A stretch of DNA of 15,644 nt from Octopus sinensis (taxonomy: Eukaryota). The position numbers were made by a program, and so were the translations under genes. Below, one piece after another: positions 8,961-15,644 of this stretch (positions are counted from its first letter, which is position 1; each line of letters begins with the position of its first letter). The stretch lies in NCBI RefSeq assembly GCF_006345805.1, contig NW_021825541.1:1-15644 (forward strand), in the 5' to 3' direction. The notes under the pieces were generated by a model. That model was given only the letters and a program-made list of their open reading frames with translations. It was not told the DNA's origin and made no database searches.

Positions 8961-9400
8961 GCCATCTAATTCTATTGCCTCATATAAGTATTTTGTCTCA
9001 CGTTCCAGCTGCTATCCGAAAAGTATACTGAATGAAATACCCTGTTGAAATAATTCTCTATTTTTTTTAAACCGTGAGTTGCAGGATTTTCCCTTGACGT
9101 ATGTGATTGGCTGCAATTCTTTCATATCCGAAAAATAAATCCATTTTCCTGCTATTAACCGTTCCTACACGTCAAGTGTTGAAATGGGCGCTGTGCAACA
9201 TAAGATGAAGTGTCTTGCGCGCAATACTCCTTTCTTTGCAGGATTTGAAATCATGACCCTGTTATCGAGAGCAGCACCTTTGACCAGGATGTTATGTATT
9301 CTCGACTGCTATTATACTCCCAAAATGATATTTCTCATATGTCCTGGCAACACCCAGAGAATATTCTTATCTACTTGACACATTTCTAAAACAAACACCA
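8961..9400 (+). repeat. Older diverged paralog of about 5385-5810
   Basis: ttctatt.cctcat..aagt..ttgtctca, tatgtgatt.gctg, atatccg.aaaataaatccatttt, ataagatga.gtg and ttcttatctact occur in the same order with many mismatches. Confidence 0.75.
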
Positions 9401-9403
9401 TTG

Positions 9404-9859
9404 TTTTTATCGATTATTAGGATGGCGATATCTGCTCAAAGACACGACCTCATCTCTCTAGTTACTAAAATGCAAACCCGACGAATTTCCCTCCTTTCCC
9501 AGAATATATTTCAGTTGGTTGTAAAGTATTCTTGTTGTTCACTGATGACAAGCTATGATCAGAGGGTTTCGGTCATGATCATCCCCTCCATTCACTTACA
9601 TCACAATAGTGTTTGTGTTATTCCGTGGTTAAGTCGGTAGGGTGTGAGATAATGGAATATCATTGTCTCAATGCTTACGATAGGGCTGATAGCGCAAATG
9701 TTCAAGTAATGGACATTCACTAGTCCTGAAACCTACACCTACAATCTTATTGTAATACATCACATGATATGGATGTAATTTTTATAGATATTTCCGAAAT
9801 ATTAGTCCGACCTTACTATCAAGATGACAAGATTCAATTTATTAAATAACATCTAGGAC
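9404..9859 (+). repeat. Duplicated block (paralog of 7256-7710)
   Basis: See 7256-7710; ORFs 7370-7576 and 9401-9640 share VSVMIIPSI. Confidence 0.92.
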
Positions 9860-10010
9860 TTCCTTCGGGTCCGTCTACAATACCCACTCACAAGTCTTTG
9901 CTCGGCCCGAGTCTATAGTAGAAGACACTTTCCCAGGTTGCCATGCAGGGAAAATAAACCTGGACTATGTGCTTGCGGAACAAGTTCCTTACCAAATAGC
10001 CACGCCTATG
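9860..10010 (-). mobile_element. SINE family B, 5' half
   Basis: ccgtctacaa..ccactcacaagtctttgctcggcccgagtctatagtagaagacactt...cttaccaaatagccacgcct. Its downstream flank (10010-10130) is paralogous to 11260-11378. Confidence 0.85.
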
Positions 10011-10274
10011 CATGTGTGTTTATGTAGAAGTCTATATATAGTGAGAGAAGGACAAAAAATGCTTAACCAATAGTTATTACGTGCGTGTAACGACGTTATG
10101 GTTGGTTGGAAACAAAATGCTCGCCGACAAATGACAGTCAGGAACAACGTTATTCTATTAAGTTGCATAGTTATAGAAAGATAGAGAGAGATGGAAAAAT
10201 AAATCATATATATGTGTGTGTATATATATAAAAATGTTACATCTTAAAAGAAAAGTACCAAAAATTGAGTAATC

Positions 10275-10581
10275 TATTCGCATTCTGAGTTCCTTTCCTG
10301 TCGAATTCCCCTTTGCCTTTCATTTCTCAGAGGTGCTGAAGTTCGATTAGTCGACTGACCAACTCCCCAACAAAACACAACCACTGGCATTCTACCTAAG
10401 CCTGAAACCACTTTAAAGGCGGCAATCTAGGATTTTAGGACGAAGAATTTCTACGCGGGGTCATACGTAATCATGTATGGTTATATAAAGATGCATGAGG
10501 ATATAAATACATACACAAACACGCACGAATGTGTGTGTATGAGTGTATTGGCATATGAGTGTGTGTATGTACGTACGTTTG

Positions 10582-10600
<19 letters not shown>
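10275..10600 (+). repeat. Diverged paralog of 6598-6950 and 15418-15644
   Basis: Shared attagtcgactgacca, caaccactggcattctacctaagcc and gtaatcatgt.tggttatataaa.atgcat. Confidence 0.85.
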
Positions 10601-10618
<18 letters not shown>

Positions 10619-10798
10619 GTATATATGAATGTATATGTGAGCGTGCGTCTACATGTGTGTGTGAATACATACACATGTGTACGAGGCGAACATTCCCACA
10701 CACACACGTATATATATAGGTATATAAATACATATATATATATATTCATACGCATTTGTATATATACACACACAAACACACACACATATATAAATGTG

Positions 10799-11260
10799 TA
10801 TTCTTTTTCTTTTATTTCTTTACTTGATGAAGTCATTTGCCCGCGGCCATGCTGAGCACCATATCAAAAGATTTTAAACACAATAGATTGACATCAGACC
10901 TTATTCTTTGTAAGCCAAGTACTTATTTTATTGGCCGCTTTTGCCGAACCGCAATGTTTAGGAGGGGCCTTAAAACCTGCTGCCAAGATATGAATGGGTA
11001 ACAAACATAGTCGCAAAAAACAGAAACACAATTACACAAACAAATGAACTCTCACACACACACACAACACCATATGCTTCAATATATATAGATATATATA
11101 TAACGCACTTCTTCTTTCGGTTTCCGTCTACAAATCCACTCGTAAGATTTTGGTCGGTCCAAGGTTATAGTAGAAGACACTTTCCAAAATTTCCATGCAG
11201 TGAAACTGAACCTGGAACTATCTGCTTGCGATGCATGTTTCTTACCACACAGCTACGCCT
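10799..11260 (-). mobile_element. SINE family B, full-length diverged copy with internal (CA)n/(TA)n
   Basis: Tail agtcatttgcccgcggccatgctg, cttattctttgtaagccaagtacttatt, ttttgccgaaccgc, microsatellite, then gtttccgtctacaaatccactc...tatagtagaagacactt...cttaccacacagctacgcct. Confidence 0.88.
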
Positions 11261-11461
11261 ATGTATGTGTGTTTATGTATACGTCTATATATAGGATGAA
11301 CAGGACAAACAAATATTTAACTAATAATTCTGACGTGAGTGTAACAACGTTATGTTTTCTTGAACAAAATGCTCACCGTTCACTTAATAATTTGTTCAAA
11401 CGATTAACATGGTGTCCATTAGTGAGTAATGCTGTGTTTTGATTTATTTCTCCTACACATT

Positions 11462-11592
11462 CATTTCAAATTTTGGCACAACACCAGCAATTTCGGGGGA
11501 GGGGTAAGTTGATTACATCGACACCAGTACTTAACTGATATTGATTTCATCCACCCCAAAGGATAAAAGGCAAAGACAACCTCGGCGGAATT
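11462..11592 (-). mobile_element. SINE family A, 3' portion (paralog of 2929-3059)
   Basis: aaaggataaaaggcaaagacaacctcggcggaatt. Confidence 0.88.
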
Positions 11593-11724
11593 TTTTCTAC
11601 TTAATATTTAATATTATTAAGTTTTGCATTTTTGAATTTGGGTGTTAAAACAGAAATACTTCTATTTGGAGATGGTCGTCTGTTGCCAATGAAACACAAG
11701 CAAAATATATATTTGATCCTCACT

Positions 11725-11751
11725 TTATTATTATTATCATTATTGTTGTTG

Positions 11752-11782
<31 letters not shown>

Positions 11783-11814
11783 AGGTGGTCGTGGTGGTAG
11801 TGGTGGTTGTGGTG
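11725..11814. repeat. Compound trinucleotide tract (TTA)n-(TTG)n-(GTG)n
   Basis: Directly visible. Confidence 0.9.
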
Positions 11815-11815
11815 T

Positions 11816-12051
11816 TACGCCGAGCAAAACGCTTAGAAGTATTTCGTCTGCCCGAAGGTGCCGAGATGTCAGAAACGTTAGCGCGCCGGGCGAAATGCTT
11901 AGCAGTATTTCGTCTGTGGTTACGTTCTTAGTTCAAATTCCGCCGAGATCAACTTTGCCTTTCATCCTTTCGGGAACGATAAATAAGTACCAGTTACAAC
12001 ACTGGCTTCGATGTAATGGACTTGTCCTTGGCTTCCAGTAGACAGGATTAC

Positions 12052-12086
<35 letters not shown>

Positions 12087-12112
12087 TATTATTATCATTA
12101 TTATTATTATTA

Positions 12113-12147
<35 letters not shown>

Positions 12148-12157
12148 ATTATTATTA

Positions 12158-12231
<74 letters not shown>

Positions 12232-12270
12232 ATATTATTATTATTATTATTATCATTATTATTATTATTA

Positions 12271-12312
<42 letters not shown>

Positions 12313-12348
12313 TTTTTATTATTATTATTATTATTATTTATCATTATT
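11816..12348 (+). mobile_element. SINE family A (partial head plus full monomer at 11855-12050) with about 300-bp (ATT)n tail
   Basis: cagaaacgttagcgcgccgggcgaaatgcttagcagtatttcgtc...gttcaaattccgccgagatcaactttgcctttcatcctttcggg, followed by a long ATT run. Confidence 0.9.
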
Positions 12349-12349
12349 A

Positions 12350-12790
12350 AGGCGAAGAGCTGGCAGAATCGTTAGCACTCCGGGCAAAATGCTTGGTAGT
12401 ATTTCATCCATCATTATTTTCTGAGTTCAAATTCCCCGAGGTCTACTTCGCATTTCATCATTTCGATGTCTATAAATTAAATATCAGTTGAGTACCAGGG
12501 GCTATATAATCGACTAACTCACCGCCAAAAATATTTCAGGCCCTGTGCCTATAGTAGGAACGACTATTATTATTATTATTATATATTATTATTATTATTA
12601 TTATTATTATTATCATTATTATTATTATTATTGTTATTATATATTATTATTATTATTATTATTATAATCTTATTTTTTATTTTATATTTATATATTATCA
12701 TTATATTATTATTATTATTATTATATTACTATTATTATAATTATTATTATTATTATTATTATTCATTATTTTATTATTATTGTTAGTATT

Positions 12791-12821
<31 letters not shown>

Positions 12822-12857
12822 TTTTATATATTAATTATTATTAATATTTTCATTATT
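12350..12857 (+). mobile_element. SINE family A (12350-12566) with degenerate (ATT)n tail
   Basis: aggcgaagagctggcagaatcgttagcactccggg...atagtaggaacgact. Confidence 0.9.
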
Positions 12858-12858
12858 A

Positions 12859-13071
12859 AGGCGAAGAGCTGGCAGAATCGTTAGCACTCCGGGCAAAATG
12901 CTTGGTAGTATTCATCCTCATTATTTTCTGAGTCAAAATCCCCGAGGTCTACTTCGCATTTCATCATTTCGATTGTCTATAAATTAAATATCAGTTGAGT
13001 ACCAGGGGCTAATAATCGACTAACTCACCGCCAAAATATTTCAGGCCCTGTGCCTATAGTAGGAACGACTA
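12859..13071 (+). mobile_element. SINE family A, near-identical tandem duplicate of 12350-12566
   Basis: Same private variants (gaagagctgg, cactccggg, gtctacttcgcatt, taactcaccgcc); differs mostly by 1-nt indels. Confidence 0.9.
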
Positions 13072-13324
13072 TTATTTTATCATTATTATTAATTTATTTA
13101 AATTCTTTCGTCTCACATACTATGATTTCCTCAGCGACTCTCTGCTACGCCTTTTTCTTCTTATCATGCTTATTCTGTATTAAAATTTATATTAATGTCT
13201 ACGTTCTACTGTTTGTCAAGTGGATTGTTTGCCAAATAATTATACTCGAACAATTGTACAAACGGAATTTCCCACTTGGTGCAGCTATATATTTTAGTAA
13301 TTGTTTGAATGAATACACGCACAT

Positions 13325-13457
13325 ACACAACACACATATATGTATGTTGTGTATATATATGTGTGTGTGTGTAATATATATGTGTGTTTGTGTTGTGTGT
13401 GTATGTATATATGTATGTATATAAATATATATACATATATATATAACATTATATTAT

Positions 13458-13488
<31 letters not shown>

Positions 13489-13560
13489 TATGTATATATA
13501 TTATGTATATATATATTTATATTTTTCTCTCCTTCTATCTTTCTGTTCTTCTCTCTCTCT
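13325..13560. repeat. Degenerate (TG)n/(TA)n/(CT)n microsatellite field (shorter equivalent of 4190-4906)
   Basis: Directly visible; flanks match copy A on both sides. Confidence 0.85.
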
Positions 13561-15644
13561 TGTGCTGCTATTTTTAGGTGCTGGTGCTGCTTGTAGGACC
13601 TTTAATTATTAATTAATGATGCTTCACCTTATGGGATTTTTTACGCATGCTTATCAGTTGATATTATTGTAAGCAATAATATCCATATATATATATATAT
13701 ATAAATATATATGCACTTATACACAGGTGTGTATGATTGTGTATAGAAGAATATATTACTGAAAGATATTCCAACTTTGATTTTCATGATTTATTTACAA
13801 TCTTATAATAATATATGATAAGATAAGATAACATAATGAAGCGATAGAATATCAAATATCCACTCTGATTGAACTAGTACTTTCATGCATTCTTCAAGTT
13901 GTATAAAAATAGTTATTGTCTGCATCATTCGAAAGAGAAATAAAGTCTCCATAAAGTGTAACACATAGAAATAATTTGTAAGGTGTTAGTAACAAAATAT
14001 TTTGTTAGAAATAGGACTATTATCATCGGTCTTAAATTTAATTTCGCCTGTGTAGATATGTGTGTGTATAAATATTAATTTTAACTCTTTACAGGAAAGT
14101 AGCACAAATTGATTTAAATTTACAATGCCGGTTTCAAATATGACTTCAGTTTTAATTTTTTACAGAAATTAGAAAAGGTTTATCCACTTATCTGAATATT
14201 CTATTACCTCATGAAAGTTTATTGTCTCATTTTGCGGCTTGTATCGGATAAGAATACTGACCGAAGTACACATTTTTTATAACCCGTTATGTGTTATTTT
14301 AACGGCAGTGTCAGTATTTTCTGTCGATGTATGTTATTCGCTGTACTTTAATATCCGGAAAATAAATCCATTTTCCAGAAATTCACCATTCCTACACGAC
14401 GCAAAGCAATATGAGATGAGGTGTTTTGCTTAAGAACGCAATACAATTCCCTTTACGGATCGAAACCGCGATCCTCGCTATCGCGAATGTAAGCACAGTT
14501 AACATCGTGGTCATACGCCTTGGACACCAGTTATATTATTAAACATGTTATATGACATAGAGGTGACAGCAGCCCAGAATCCTTCTTATTTACTGGGCGT
14601 TTTCCCGAAGCAACACCCACTGAATTTACATGGATCCCGAGAAAAATCTGAGCGTTACTCCTAAGTGATGTCTCTTGTCAGCTAACGATATGGCGTTGTA
14701 TCATGTAATGATAGAAAGTCTGACGCAGAAAATTGCGTTGTTTGATGTGGTGATACAGTCTGAGAACGAGGCCAATTTTTGGTACATATCTTTGTTTGTT
14801 TTTTTGTGTTTTACTTAGGGTGTTGTTGTCGACGTTGTTGTTTGCCCTGACTGAACGTAATTTTGTGCACAAAGCATTCCAATTATCCCTACCAATTATT
14901 TTTATTCAAACATTAGCAACCATGTCCTCCATTGTCTAAAATAAGAGTTTGTGATTGGAAAGAGATTTCGCAGGTATCTCCAGGTGTTTGATGGAAAACA
15001 TTGTAAACATATCTGCGTCACAAGCCAATGTTTCCTGATTGAGTAAAGCTATGGTCAGAGGACATCCAGTCGTCATCTTCCCATCCATTTAGTTATATAG
15101 CATTGTCTCCGGTCTCTAGGTGAGCAGGATTTTCATGAATTCAACTGCTTCAGCACACATGCAACCACACCCATAGGACACTTGTGGGTAGACCACTACA
15201 TACATGCTTCCACCACCTCAGATCTGACTGCTTCGTCGCCATCTTCCCATCCCCGCAGGACTTTCGAATGAAAAAATAGTTGTACAGTAAAAAGTATAGA
15301 GCTTAAATTAAAAAGATAATATTAAACACGAATATCCAGCAAAATAGTCGGCAATGCCTGTACACAATGCCTGTACACCAAATTTACAAATTGCTTTGCA
15401 TCGCTTCTGCTGTCGGCTATTCGCGTTCTGAGTTCCTTTCCCGCCGAAGTCCATTTGCATTTCATTTCTCAGAGGAGCTGAAGTCCAATAGTCGACTGAC
15501 ACATTCCCCCACAAAACAACAACCACTGGCATTCTACTACCTAAGCCAGAGTAAACATTATATGAGCGGCAATCTGGATTTCAGGGCAAAGAATTGCTAC
15601 GCGGTGTTATATGTAATCATGTCTGGTTATATAAAATGCATCGG

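Larger units (their letters stand above)
11376..15644 (+). repeat. Segmental duplication copy B (paralog of 2843-6824), runs off the window end
   Basis: Collinear with copy A, differing by copy-specific indels and microsatellite lengths. Confidence 0.95.

Noticed and set aside
12016-12375. Poly-I/L/Y and poly-N ORFs resembling membrane or low-complexity proteins (also 3827-4153, 11632-11931)
   Set aside because: Products of (ATT)n, (TTG)n and (GTG)n tracts and SINE tails.
2843-15644. CRISPR-like or prokaryotic defence-system interpretation of recurring short motifs
   Set aside because: Repeats are SINE boxes and kb-scale duplications with irregular spacing in eukaryotic DNA; there are no cas-like or other long ORFs.

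Overview
AT-rich, repeat-saturated eukaryotic non-coding DNA. The two dominant tRNA-headed SINE families and the dense (TA)n/(TG)n/(ATT)n microsatellites match my recollection of octopus (coleoid cephalopod) genomes; this is an inference, not database-verified. No intact protein-coding gene is recognisable, and nearly all ORFs in the track are microsatellite or SINE artefacts. The only convincing protein homology is a decayed, internally rearranged R4/Dong-type non-LTR retrotransposon on the minus strand (1-712). From 2843 to the window end the DNA is a mosaic tandem array of three units, each opened by the same anchor block (about 2843-8392, 8393-11375, 11376->15644). Units 1 and 3 share a long collinear, high-identity block (2843-6824 vs 11376-15644); unit 2 is a deleted and reshuffled version. 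Other features are a SINE inserted in reverse into another copy of its own family (2053-2778), inverted SINE pairs, a local SINE-(ATT)n duplication and a few weak splice-site-bounded exon candidates. I cannot support a claim of a new biological system; the best leads are the variable-unit array and the dsRNA-prone SINE arrangements. Repeat boundaries were read by eye and are approximate.
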